Part shown: positions 12,950-25,453 of the stretch, piece after piece
How positions within the stretch are numbered: the first letter of the stretch is position 1
Layout: each line of letters begins with the position of its first letter
Assembly (NCBI GenBank): GCA_030704615.1
Contig: CM060732.1
Location: 57,474,001 to 57,538,000 of the forward strand
Source of the DNA: Takakia lepidozioides
Taxonomy: Eukaryota; Plantae; Bryophyta
Reading direction: 5' to 3'
Length of the DNA stretch: 64,000 nt
Made by a program: the position numbers and the translations under genes
Notes under the pieces: model-generated
Databases searched by the model: none
What the model was told of the DNA's origin: nothing
What the model saw: only the letters and a program-made list of their open reading frames with translations

Positions 12950-15900
12950 CTACAAGTAGATAGGAAAAAGTTCCTCCATACTGCAAAGCCATCCACATTC
13001 CATGTCACACAATAGATTTGTCAAAAGGCCTAATTGCAGAAGCTGCAAGACTGACTACCACAGAGCATCCACAATGCGATGTACATCAGTTTTTTGAGCT
13101 GGGCCTCAAATAGCAGCGTCTGCACAAAGTCTGAAGGTACTAGTTTCCTAGTCAAGACCACGGATGACTCAAACTTTGCGTTCTTTTCATTGGAGGTGCA
13201 TCCACGTGACCAGTAGTCAAAATTTTACGGATATCTTTGCACCATTTATCTCCAAAACAGCTCAATTTTGTTAGGGTAGGTCCCATGATATTTAGTTGGC
13301 GTGACTTTTGGGAAAGTGAACTCACTTTCATAGATGATCTCTTAGTAGGTGGGAGTCAAAGGCAGGTAGATGAAAGAGATAAAGATGTCAACCTCTGCCC
13401 AAGACAGTCGATGATATTGCCAGTGACGGTGCTACGCCGGTGAAGTAAAAATGCTTTGTAGGCTGCTTGCCGAACTAGTATGGATGCAGACAATGCACCA
13501 ACCATTGTTGGGTTGCTTGATATCCTGTCAATCGAATACCACTAATCAGTGGACATCAGTGGACATCTTAACAATAATTTGGCAGCTGTGATCTCATCTA
13601 GTGTGGGAGCACAGTTTGTGAACTTCGATTGAGAGGCACTGCAGATCGGATAGTTCAACGATATTTAAACATCAGTCCTAAGCATCAGTCGCCTCCAGTC
13701 TCTCACTGTGACAGCAAATGGGATCACAGAAAGCACTGACCTTTCTTCAATCTGCTTTTTCTCTTTAGAATTGTCCTTACTCCAGTATTGTCTTGCCCAT
13801 GCGACAAACACACCAGTGCTACATTCACATAAAGACCATGCACATTTCACACCATCAGAGCAATTATATTTATATACTGTTACACAGAGCTATGCGTATG
13901 CCACTGGACTCTGCTGAAAATGGCCTTCAGTTTCAGGTTACTTTGTAAAAGTTGCTTGCTAGGAATCTTGTAGAAGACGTGTCCGTATGGAGCCAATCCG
14001 TTAAGCATGATGGAAGTCCATCTATGATTTTGTGTTGCAGGTTATTTGACCTGCACAAAGCTTCAATTGTACATCTTACAGCAATCGATTCAGGATCAAG
14101 TAGAGTCTAATAAGGCCCTCCAGCCAGTTGTGCGAAATTTACAACTCTTACACCTTCCATGCACATGGTGGGACTCATGAAGAGGTTTTGGTGTAAACAA
14201 GTGGCCATGCTTGCTTACCTCCCAGACAAGATATCACCTTGACCCCCACAGCGACGAGGCGATCCAAAATAATCTGAACTGATAACTGCAGTGACAGCCC
14301 CAATCCATTAGAATTTGGAGAACTGTTTTGTGCTTCAGGCCATAAAATCAAATGCAACCTACATAGGCAGCTGGCTATTTAATATATGCCCTTTTGGACA
14401 AACCTGCTGTACCGTCACTGATGTAATCCGTCTTGCCCTTCTGTACAATTGTAACTCCTCCCATCCTGATTCCACATTCACACAATAGTGTTAACATCTT
14501 TAACACCTCCTGACTGAGTACACTTGATGACAACTTGATGAGGTACTGGCACAAGCTAATCAAGGAATCTGTCTCTTAGGGAAACTAATAGTATTTACTT
14601 GAAGGAGTAGAAATAAAATCTCCTTATTCAGTGATATAGGGACCCGACAAGTGGTAATGATTTGTGGACAGCCGCACTCCCGAAACATATACCTCTTAAA
14701 GAGACTGTAGAAAAAGCTGCATAGAATCAGGTGATCTGCACATTGAGTTCCACATTGTGACCTAGAAGGAGGAGGGGAAGATAGAAAAAAAGGAGCTTAC
14801 TTTTTAGCAAGTGCTTGCAACTGGCCAGTGCGGTCTTCATCAGGTACTTCACGCCAATTCACAGGACCTTCATGATTTTTCTCTCCAATAACTTTAGCTA
14901 CCAGACGTTTGTACTCATTGGCATTGGGAGTTAAAACAGCAAGTGGATATCCCATCACTAGTTCTGGCTGGTTGGTCACGACAAATAGCCCATCCTGTGA
15001 CCAAAAATGCTTTAGGAACAACTCAACCTCCAATGTAAAAGGCAAGCCTTTGAGCCAGCTGACCCCATTTCGTGACAGTGGTGTAATTCAGCATGATAAT
15101 AACACCTCTAAACAGGCAATGGGACCATTTAACGACATAGATATGACGCGTGTGTGGGGTTGCACTGCCAGATGCTGAGGGGATCAAAGAGTAGACTGTA
15201 CCCTACATCATGTGACTGCACTGCCATTAGCCCTGTAGGAACCAAGGAAATGAGGAAAGACAACTTATTCAAACAGAACTTCAGATTGAAGTTGAAAACA
15301 AAATATGAGAGGAAGGAGAAACCACAACGAAAACAAACAAAGAAAGCTGACTGCTTATTGCTAACACAAGACATGGAAGTCCAGAGGATTACCCCATCAA
15401 CAACAAGAGGAATCTTGAAGGATTTAGCGATTTGAATAATCTCCACTACACAGTCCTGATTCCGTTGCAAAAGAGACAATTTAATCAAAGCAGCTGGCAC
15501 TATGCGTTCCCAGATCTCTCCTCACATCCTCCCACCGCCCTGGTCATCTATAGCAGTGACATGCTTAAACCCTGAGTAAGTTTCAATCTCTGGGGTCCTA
15601 CTTGTACTTGAAGTTGTAAACATGACACCCACCAGCCACTGTGTTGAGCTTCATTGTGTTAGCTGTCCTGTCTAATCCACATTCCCAAGCCATCACGAAA
15701 GGTAGAAAATCACGACTTTTGTATATATCTTTGCACCAAGCATTCTCCCAGACTAGGTGGTTTGACTTGGGGATCTCAACAAGAGCTGTTTAATTTATCA
15801 AGACACCACCTAATTTTTCATCTCTTTCAAGCTGCCAGAAAGTCATCAAGGATGAAAGAGAAGCATATCATGCCATCTTTCACCTGGATATACCTACCAG

Positions 15901-17371
15901 CAGCAGTTACGACAACAAGAGAGAGCTATGTATGCGCACCAGGAGAAAAGCATCACGACCAAGGCCTGGTCCAATGACGAAGCAATCAAAGCGCTGCAGC
16001 CATTTTTCCACATCCTCGATTACCTTCGCTTTCAGCTCACATCTCTCTTTCACTCCAAGTTCCCTGCATTGCACTAAGTAGGGAAGTCAGTCAGTCTTGT
16101 CCCATAAGCCTTCCTGTCTCTCGCTCTCCAAGTTCCCTGCGTTGTATAGAAAACAGAGGAGGATTGTGCACATTGCACAGCAAGGTACTGAAAACAGGCC
16201 AGACTAGACTTACCCAGTGTCATGTGATTCATGCAGTACGGGATGAACAATTAACTCAGGGCTGTAACTCTTTATTACAGTAGCAGCACCAGCGGTGCAG
16301 AACACGTGTGCAAGATCTGCCCCCTGCATGCAGGCAATAATTTAGTATGCAAGAACCCCTCCGTTCTTGACACTTACCTGCTTGAGGTAGAGTCCCTGCT
16401 AAATAAAGAATGCTTCCTCCACTGAAAATGAGTATGTAGAGGAAATTGAATGTTAAAACCATAAATGAATCAGAATCAAAATCCATCTGGTTGCAGTGGC
16501 CTGCATCATCCATGCCTACATCCTTGTTGCCAAGTGGTAGCTATTAAGTTGAATGAAATGGAGCAGTGTTGAGAGTGTTACTATAGCAAGGTCCAAGCAA
16601 TTCCATTCCAAAGACATCCCTCTTACAAAGCAGGTGTAAAGCATCCATGCACAGAGGAACCACATCCTCTTGAGATGAATATTTCCCAGGCAAGCTGTGG
16701 CAGGAGAGGATGGGAGTGAGGAGAGCAGAGGGGCAGAAAAAAGATCTCAAATGAAGATGGTTGGTTCAAGGACAGATAGGAACAAGGAGGATGCGATTTC
16801 AGACCACTTTCAAAGCAGAGATGGCAGAAAAAAATGGTGCACCAGTGTACTCCCGGCAGCCTCCAATCACAGCAATCTTGCCTACACCCCAGTTTGATAG
16901 TACTTAGTTGGTGAGTCATTTCTACAATTTGGCCTTTCACTTAACAAAACCTGTGATAGGCAAGTGAACACTTTCAAACACTTTCAATACAGGACTAAGC
17001 AGCTACAATGCTAGTTACAGTCTCCCAGAAGAACATGACAAAGAAGAAACGAGAAACACACCAGCTTCTCCTTTATGTTGTCCTTGGGCGAGAGATGGTA
17101 CAGTAAGTTGCAACGCAGGTAAAATGTTTTCCAGCTTAGATTTTCCCTCCATGGTTATCAGATCACTGCTTCCTTGCACAGGAACCTGGTGTAAAGGGCC
17201 ACTTGCAGTTGGCCGGACTTGTAGACGGTTGGCAAACAGACCGGGCTTTGATGGAACTAACAATCTCAAGAGCTGTGGGGGGTGGGAAGGAATTCGACTG
17301 AAGTAGTCTGGACACTCCAGTAGGTTTAGTCTTACCGCCCTCCCCAAGGCTACAGAGAAGCCACTCTGCAT
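12950..17371 (-). CDS. NAXD: ATP-dependent (S)-NAD(P)H-hydrate dehydratase (YjeF C-terminal/carbohydrate kinase family), multi-exon
   Basis: Exon peptides HKGEAG|[28 protein letters not shown]...[26 protein letters not shown]|[58 protein letters not shown], and last exon [10 protein letters not shown] (12980-12950). Confidence 0.92.
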
Positions 17372-18696
17372 CCCCTCACTGTCAAGCCTAGGTTTCCACC
17401 TCAGTAATTCAGAAGACTGAATTCAAGTCTCTTATTATTGACAATCATATGAGAAATAAAATTTCATCTTTTCTGCACAAGTCTTTGAGCATACATGAAA
17501 TTTGTGGCAATCCTCTAGAGCAACATTACATTAAGTAGAGTAGTGCAAACGGAAAACATCTTGTTAATAAGAATGGGCAGGGGAGCAAGATAGGAGGACA
17601 GATAGAGATGAACTTCTCAAAGCAGAGTCAAATCAGTTATATAGTGAGTGTATGTATACAGTTGTGCCCTAATATGACATCATAAGCCTCTAAGAACCGA
17701 AGATTCGAATGCTACTCTTAATACAAAATGGTTTGGCTTCTTATCGGCTTTGCCAATGGATATTCCACTCTTGGCATGCCCAAGAATAACCATCGTATGG
17801 ATTCTGTAAATGTTCCCCTCTTGTTCGGGCTCGTTATCGTTGATTCTTGTTGAACTTAATACTAATTTCGTGATGATGATGCAAACACTGGAAATGTCAT
17901 GCAGGTCACTCCTGCTTTAGTCGATGCTTCATCATCCTTGCTACACGAATAAATGAGGAAATTAAATTGATGAATTTTATAGCGTTGCTCCACAAATAAA
18001 TGCAAACTATCAAGATGTAAATCTAACAGGAAACCTAGACGGATGTTTATTTTTGGCATCAATGCATAACTTGACCTGAAAATCCCTGCAAAAAAGTTTC
18101 TTGGGATCCAAATTCAAGGCCATCTTAAGGCGACTGCATAACGCAATCAAGTAAACATACAGGTCCTATGAAATTCCGATGAACTTTTCAAATAGGAGTA
18201 GGCAGTATGCTTCAGCTCCAGCTAAATTTCTCGTTCACTTTCCGTATACTCTGTGAATCGCTGAAAGTTCGTTCTTCCCTTTCCTTCATTATATCAACCT
18301 CCTGGGGAACTGCATTCTTTTTCTGTAACACCATCAAGGAAGACATCACAATCGGTGCAGGAAATAAATCAAAACTTACAAGAAAGCGCTGCCGCCTGTC
18401 TTCACCTTCCTGGAACGAAGCCAACTCGCTTCAACACGCACCAACGTACCATTGCGCAGTGTCACGGTGGACCAGGGTGACCTCTGGAAAGAGGTCGCCA
18501 AGTGTACAGTAAAATTCCAAGGCTTGCAAAGCCATCTGTTCCACTCCAGGCCCAAACGTACTAGTTCTTCCTCTCCTTTCTTGCCAGCTGCTGCGCTTAC
18601 ATGCATGTGCTACTTACCAGTATTTTCAACGAACAGAAGAACATGCCAGGTTGATAACCTACCCAAAGTGGAAACAATTCAATAAAACGCACAACA

Positions 18697-18780
18697 GGGC
18701 TGGCCCGGTGGGTAAGCCAGTCGTGTACTGGCCTGCGGGTCTGGGGTTCAAATCTCTGCGATCTGTCTCTGTGCCTTCGG
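18697..18780 (+). mobile_element. tRNA-derived SINE-like head
   Basis: A-box TGGCCCGGTGG (18701) and B-box GGTTCAAATC (~18745) at tRNA-like spacing. No cloverleaf acceptor stem. Homologous copy at 10973. Confidence 0.55.
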
Positions 18781-18960
18781 GCTGGGGCTCTGCCCCCTGC
18801 GACCTGCGAACTGCGAACTGGCATCTGGAGCCTGATTTTGCCTACATGGACTTGTAGAAACATGCCACCTGTTTTATAGCAACTTGTCTAACCCTGCAAC
18901 CTTGTTAGTCTTGCCACCTCGTTCATGGGTGCGGGGTAGAATTTGTATGCACGTGAGCAG

Positions 18961-19045
18961 GTAAGCCCAGTGGTTGGGTGTGTGTGCCTTGCCTGTGCGT
19001 AACCTTAGTGATCCTGGGTTCAATCCTTCAATATGTGCCTTCAGA
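18961..19045 (+). mobile_element. Second SINE-like Pol III head
   Basis: A-box-like TAAGCCCAGTGG and B-box GGTTCAATCC, followed by the same tgtgccttc motif as the 18697 copy. Confidence 0.4.
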
Positions 19046-20585
19046 CCGTCCATTGGTTGATGGCCTGTGTGTTGAGCAGTAGGCTCTGTAAATTCACTGG
19101 ACGATAAAGAAACTTTATCTTATCTTTATGTAGCCCTTGTGGCGATTGAACCAATCCAAGGGTACTACAAGGAGTGGATATGTGTCAACTAGTTACTTCA
19201 TGTGTAGGTACCTAAGGATTTATAACTTTGGGGGAGTTTTGGGCAATCATATTATCCAATAAAGCAGTTCATTCCGGCCGGTTAATTCTAGAGTGGTCCA
19301 GGAATTAGGGTGGTCCAGGAGTTAAAAGAGGGGTCAGTGTAATAAGGCCACCTGTATTAATTAACGAAATGAAGGGTCTGAAAATTAAGGATCCCAAGAC
19401 GTTAATTGGAAAGGTCCGAAAAAGGCGAATGGCCCAGCCAACCGGGAGGACGGGCTGGGCCGCTGGAATGTGCAAACAATGAGGGCGGGTGTAGGTCCCT
19501 GGTAGAAATAGGGGAAAGTTCTAGAAAAAACGGCAGGGCGGTGGGCTCTGGAACATTCTAGAACAACCTTCTGGAGCTTTGAAGAACGACGACAGGAGTG
19601 GTGGGTGGGAGATAGGATAGTGGGACCTAGTGGGGTTGGCTGCTCCTGGACATCGTAACTCGTAATAACGAGCACCCTTTTTAGATATGTGGTTCAATCA
19701 ATCCTGCAGTGCTTAAAGGTGCATAGTGTAAGTAGATCAAAAATGGGGGTTGTGTTTCAGCTGTAGTTGTCACCATGGCTCGTTAGGCTCTCAATCGAAA
19801 TGACCTCCTTTATTATATAAGGTTGCTCTTTGGGGATTGTGTCACTTGGCCTGGGCTTGCCGGTGAGTGCAACTGAGTTTGTAGAGAGTCTGACATCTGA
19901 CTGTCTTTTCTACAAAAAATCTCTCTCTTGCTATGTGAACTGTTTAAACTGTTTATATTTATATTTGTATAGGAACCGAACCATCAGCTATTTAATGGAA
20001 AGCTCAATAAGGAGATAAAGAGTCAACCATTAGAAGGTGTCTACAAAAAGATAGTAGCACTTCAGAGACCATAATTTACGCTAGCATCCACAACATCAAC
20101 CTTATTTTGCTAAAGAATCCCAATGAAACTTCATATAACATTTTACATTCCCCCCTCCCCTTTTGACCTGACATTCCGTCAGGTAAGCTCCTGAAAATAC
20201 AAAGGGAAAAAACCTTTACGCCTAGGTTTAAGTGCTCTACAGCTTAAGAAATGAGCTTGAGATCAGCTCTGGGCCAGCAATTAATCACGTTAACAGCATA
20301 GGTGAAGAGCAAGGAATCAGAACAATTAAGGTCCAAATCGGCAGGTGAGAGGAAGCTACTGTAAGACAGGTCTTGGGCAAAGAATCTGTACAAAAGTATC
20401 AATTTGTGAGCCTGATTGTTAGCTCAAACAAACAATGAGGAAGATGTCCAGTTCTTGAAAAGGAGTATACGAGTTGGATTAGAATACGAGTTGCAGATGA
20501 GCCCCTCAAATCAGGAGGAACCTTTTGAGAATGAGCACAAAAACTTGCGAGTGCACGGCTGAAGAGTCAACATCTTGCAAGAAGA

Positions 20586-23500
20586 TCAAGCCACTGCCAC
20601 TCCCTTCAATGTCAAGGGAGGGTCAATCCCTACTGCAAGAATGGAGGTGGCAGAGGGTTGCCGCAGTTGACGTGCGACTGTCACCGTCTCCAAAATATAG
20701 TCCACTATCACACCATCCACTCCGTATTCTCCCTGGCACCGTAGAGCTTCCTCAACATTGCTGCATGGATCATAGCATCATGAAGTGAGTTTGATGATGA
20801 CAGCATTCCTACTGTAAACACTGGTCACTTGCAAAACTATTGCAGATGGTAGATTATAGTGAGCCTTGTCACATGTAATGTCTTCTCCAACAATGTCTCT
20901 TTGTCACCTTCCTTTTCTTTAGTTGATGATACAGCACTACTTCACCACTGAATTCACAAGTAAATATTTGACGACTGTTAGTATAATAATGTCACACTCA
21001 CTTGAGATCGCCGTAAGTGAAGAGGCAGAGGCCTGCATTCTTGACCAGCGACACAAGACTGGGCCTCTGAAGAATGGCCTTCACTTCCGTAACTACGCCT
21101 TGCAATCCGCCTGGATTTGCAAACAAACAAATATACCAAGATTCCAGAAAACCCATTAGGAACAGTGTATGAAGTATCTATACTGTAACCAAGTCTCAGT
21201 TAGTGAAACAGATGTGGACCACATACTTATGCACAAATACACATATTTGGAAACTGCTTTGTCACAAAACAACCAAACAAAAAGACCCACATTGCTGGCA
21301 GACTTCAATAGCTGCCTCCACTGAATTCCTTCGGGCATCTGAGTAGAAAGCAGTCCCTCCATCAGTGAGAAAGAAGACCTGTAGAACCAGTGTGCAACCC
21401 AAATCAGAACTAAAATGCAAGGCCACACATGCTAGCCCCATAAATGCCGAGTGATTAGCATGCCTCCTAATTGCATAACAGGGAGCTTATTTAAGAGCTC
21501 TTTGTCAACCCTCAACATGCTCATGCCAATGAGAGGTTACAACACTCGTATTCTAAAGAGCATATGGAGGCACTGCACAACTTCGGACATCATAATCTTT
21601 TTCTCAGTCAAGAAACTATTTCACAATGGTTTGCAGCTCAACCATGAAAACCATCTGCATAATCCTTTTCTGGACATGAAACAATATCTTCCAAACCAAC
21701 TGCCGTGGGTTGTAAGATCTTAACTGATTCCTCTGCAACCAAGAAAAACTCTACATGTAGTATCTTCATCACAAGCATTCATTGAGATCTAACCAGTGTA
21801 TCACATGGATGCTTACTGGATATGACTGCTCCTTGTGCAGAATGTCAACAGCATCGGGATGGAAACTTGAGAAGAAAATCCTCCGTCCGTTTGCAAAGCG
21901 TCTCACATTCTGTAGAGCCATCTCATGAGTTAGAAAGGAGAAAAGCTTTGTCAAAGCTGAGTCAAGCCAGCCATCAACTTTTGGAGAAGTTAAGATAAAC
22001 CCACTGGACATAGACAGAGGAGAGTGGAGTAAGCACAAGGTAAACTTACTTCAACAATGGCAGTGACCACTCGCCTCAACTCCAAATCAGAAGTTTCAAT
22101 TTCATCATCGAATTTGACTTCAATGTTGAAACCCACAGAATGCTGCACATGTGTGAATAGCTCCTCAAGGGTGCAGTGAGAGTCCTCAACAGATGCAGTC
22201 CAGAGACATATTGATCCATCACTGGCCTTCCGGTAAAGAGGTCTGCCAACCTGAATATTGAGACCACAAAATATTATCTTTAATGAGAAAATTGAAGGCC
22301 CTGAAAGATCTGTACATGTTACCAGTACAGTTTTCAACCAAAGGTAAATGCAATTCCAGATCGGATATGATCATCAATGCAAGGTAGATGCAGTTTGTTA
22401 CATGAAGACAACAAGTTACAGTTCCACCTGCTTTAAACTACGATCAATAGCAACATATTGTCTGAGGTAAAGCTCCCTTCCCTTGCTCTTATCCCCTTCT
22501 GTGCGATAAGGTCAACAGATGTATTCTGAACTAAGGGTCAAGATTTGAAAATACCTTGTTTGCATCCTTTTGAGGACCCATGGAAAGAAACTCTTGAAGG
22601 GTAATATCTCCAATTCGCCTGGGAACCTGCAAAATACCTTGAATATAAGATACGTACACAGACACAACTGATCAGGAAGATGATTAGAATTCAACCCACA
22701 CCCAAAATTGTAATGACATGAGTGAACCACATCCACAATACATCCACACTTATACTTAATCCAGCCTTAAGCATAATCTCAAAGCCAAGGAAACAAGGAA
22801 TATGACTCTAGAAATTCTCAAATCAGGTATCAAATTATACAAAAACAAACCACACTTAGGTATAATCCATTATAGCACAGAACACGGAAGTGAGTGAAAG
22901 AACCCAGATAGGACTTCCCCTACCCGGAAAAATTTCTTCTTTGGATGGGAAGAAAACAGAAATAGCTTAACCATACCTTATCATCTGAGATGATGTAGTC
23001 GTCATGGAAAACAATTGCATGCCCATCCTTGGTCACCTGGCCCCAAATCATATCCATACTTTCAGACTCCATCACCCCAGTTTATAGCACCAATGAAGCA
23101 TCTTAGAATGGGACTCCAAAACAAGATACTGGACAGACCCCAGGTAAGCGTGTATGATTGTCACCTGGACATCAAATTCAACCAAATCAGCACCATTCCT
23201 GGCAGCCATATTGAAGGAAGCAATAGTATTCTCTCGGATTGAGGGTCTGGCCTCCGGTACTTCCCCCGGAGTTATCATCTTGTTTTTCCCACACCCACGG
23301 TGACCAACCACCACTAAACTTGTCTTCCCTGTGGAATCTGTATACAACAGAGGCTGGCTTAACTACTCTATCCTATCATCGGACTAAGCACGACTAAGGT
23401 ATTCTACTGAATTTTCGAACACCACACCTCAGAACAGGTATGACTAAGACTGAAAGGAGAATGTGCAAAAGTAATTCTGTATATCAAATATAACCATAAA

Positions 23501-23702
23501 CTTAAATTTTCACTAAGACCAGCATATACTCCCAAATTTCAACTTAATATTTTGACTGTCGAGAAAATCGAAGTTCACCTTCCGGAAGAGTCCCAGAAAG
23601 CCGGCTGGCACTATTGCATCCGGAGTATCCTGAAAATCCAAGGTGCACTGACGACAGAGCCTGTGTTGAATCTGCCTCTGGTTTTAGCATGTCTGCATCC
23701 AT
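20586..23702 (-). CDS. GDPD1: Glycerophosphodiester phosphodiesterase, GDPD1-like, multi-exon, 5' end uncertain
   Basis: VVGHRGCG, RENTIASF, VEFDVQ|VTKDGHAIVFHD, GFNIEVKFDD, IFFSSFHPDA, VFFLTDGG, LFTYGDLNN, GVDGVIVD. Stop TGA at 20588-20586. Further upstream exons up to ~24.7 kb are possible. Confidence 0.9.
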
Positions 23703-25453
23703 TCCATCTGCACACAAATAGGAACGCCACCCTAACTATGACATTGAACACAGGGGCCAAAGCGGAAAGAGACAGCAAACATACAAATCTGTGCGTGAAG
23801 AAAGACATTTACAGTGTCGACAACTCCCTCAGGAAAAGGTACAACTCCGGTAAGAAATTTCCACGCAAGCTCGAACAACAATTCCCCTCCTCAGGCCAGC
23901 TTCCGTGTCGAAGTTTTCTTGGACAAAAAGGGAAATAAGCGATGAAACTAGATGGTCCTATTGCAAGACATGGCATTCGGATATCCGGTCATTCTTTCAG
24001 GACTAGCAAATGATTGTTTCACACAGGTCAACCATCCATAAATACACTTCATAGTGTCTTCCATTGAACCATAATCATCAACCTTCACCCTCTATCAAGC
24101 AGGAAATGATATACCCGAGAGTGCACAACATCCGTATCAACAGTCTCCATGCGAACAAATTAATACCACGGCCTAAGACCGAGACAAAATCCTCCCTCCC
24201 AATATCTTCAACGGAACAATGTCACATGCAAACAGCAGTTTCCAGATCAGAGAGCGAATCACGCATGCTTACCAGCTTGCAAACAAGGCTCCATACCCGT
24301 CTCTTCGCAAGCAACACAGTCTGGATGCTTGGTCACCTCAGTCACAACCGGCAAATTCTAAAATTCTTGAGAGGTACAAAACTTCTGGTCAGCTGTTTGT
24401 ATGCTCAACCAAATGAACTGTTGAGACAGGGATGTCGTAGAGCAAGCACTTAGTGACACAGGCAACACTATTGTGCACACGGAGATGTAGAAGCCGGCTA
24501 TGAATAATTTCTCCTTCCCTCCACGCTCTCCCAATTGTGGAGTAGCGCGTTGAGGGATCAGGATACGCATCCTGGCATATTCCTGACATGATGAGCATAA
24601 ATTCTCGGCAGGATTTTCAACAAGCTGCGACATCGCAGCTTCTATCCTGCCTTCTCTCTCCTTCCAACGAACCGGCGCCCATGACGTGGATCCACATATG
24701 CCCTCACGCCCGTCGTGTGCTACAAGCCAACTTCTTTTTCTTTTTCTTTTTCCTTTTTCGGCCAACTTCGCATCCCTTCATGATTCTCCAATTTGTAACT
24801 AACGACTTCTCGACTTCCGGCGTTCGAAGAATGAGAAAAACAAAGGAATCTACAGTTACATCCATCCATCCGCAAAATAAAAAACCAGTAATATCAACTT
24901 GCTTTATATTTAATTTATATTTTTTCTAAAATGTTCCCCAGTGCTGATCATTGGACGACCGTTTATCAATCCTCGACCATCAAGATATTAATACCATGAG
25001 ATCTATGGATATTACACGACAGCCTTCCAAGGGATAACTTTGTCCTAACTTTGGAACAGATAAGAATTCTCGAATTATCCCTTAACGATTGGCCACAACT
25101 TGGTGCTACAAAGCTATATAAGCGCTGCACAACACCTAAGAAGTCACGAGTCCTTAGCGAGGGCGAAGGCGACAGTTCAATGACCGTCTAGGGACGGACT
25201 GTCGTGCTGACACCCTGCCTCTGAACACACACTCTCTGCGGGGTCCAAGCGGCCCTACTTAGGCCGCTCCCGCAAATTTTTGGAGCTTCTCTGAAGCCAC
25301 ACCCCATCACGTGTGTCCAACACAGACTTCACGTTGTGACTTTGTTCGCCGAATGAATCTACAAGTAACTTCTGTTCCTGGAGTTCTGAATAGTGAGTGA
25401 AGCATGACCAGAACTTTCTATGGAAGCTTCTCGTGTTTAACAAACTCTGCCCC

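Noticed and set aside
18697-18780. Functional tRNA gene
   Set aside because: A and B boxes are present, but there is no pairing acceptor stem or clear anticodon arm.
19290-19685. Possible MITE (short direct repeat gtggtccagga, weak inverted ends)
   Set aside because: The terminal match is too poor and no TSD is evident.
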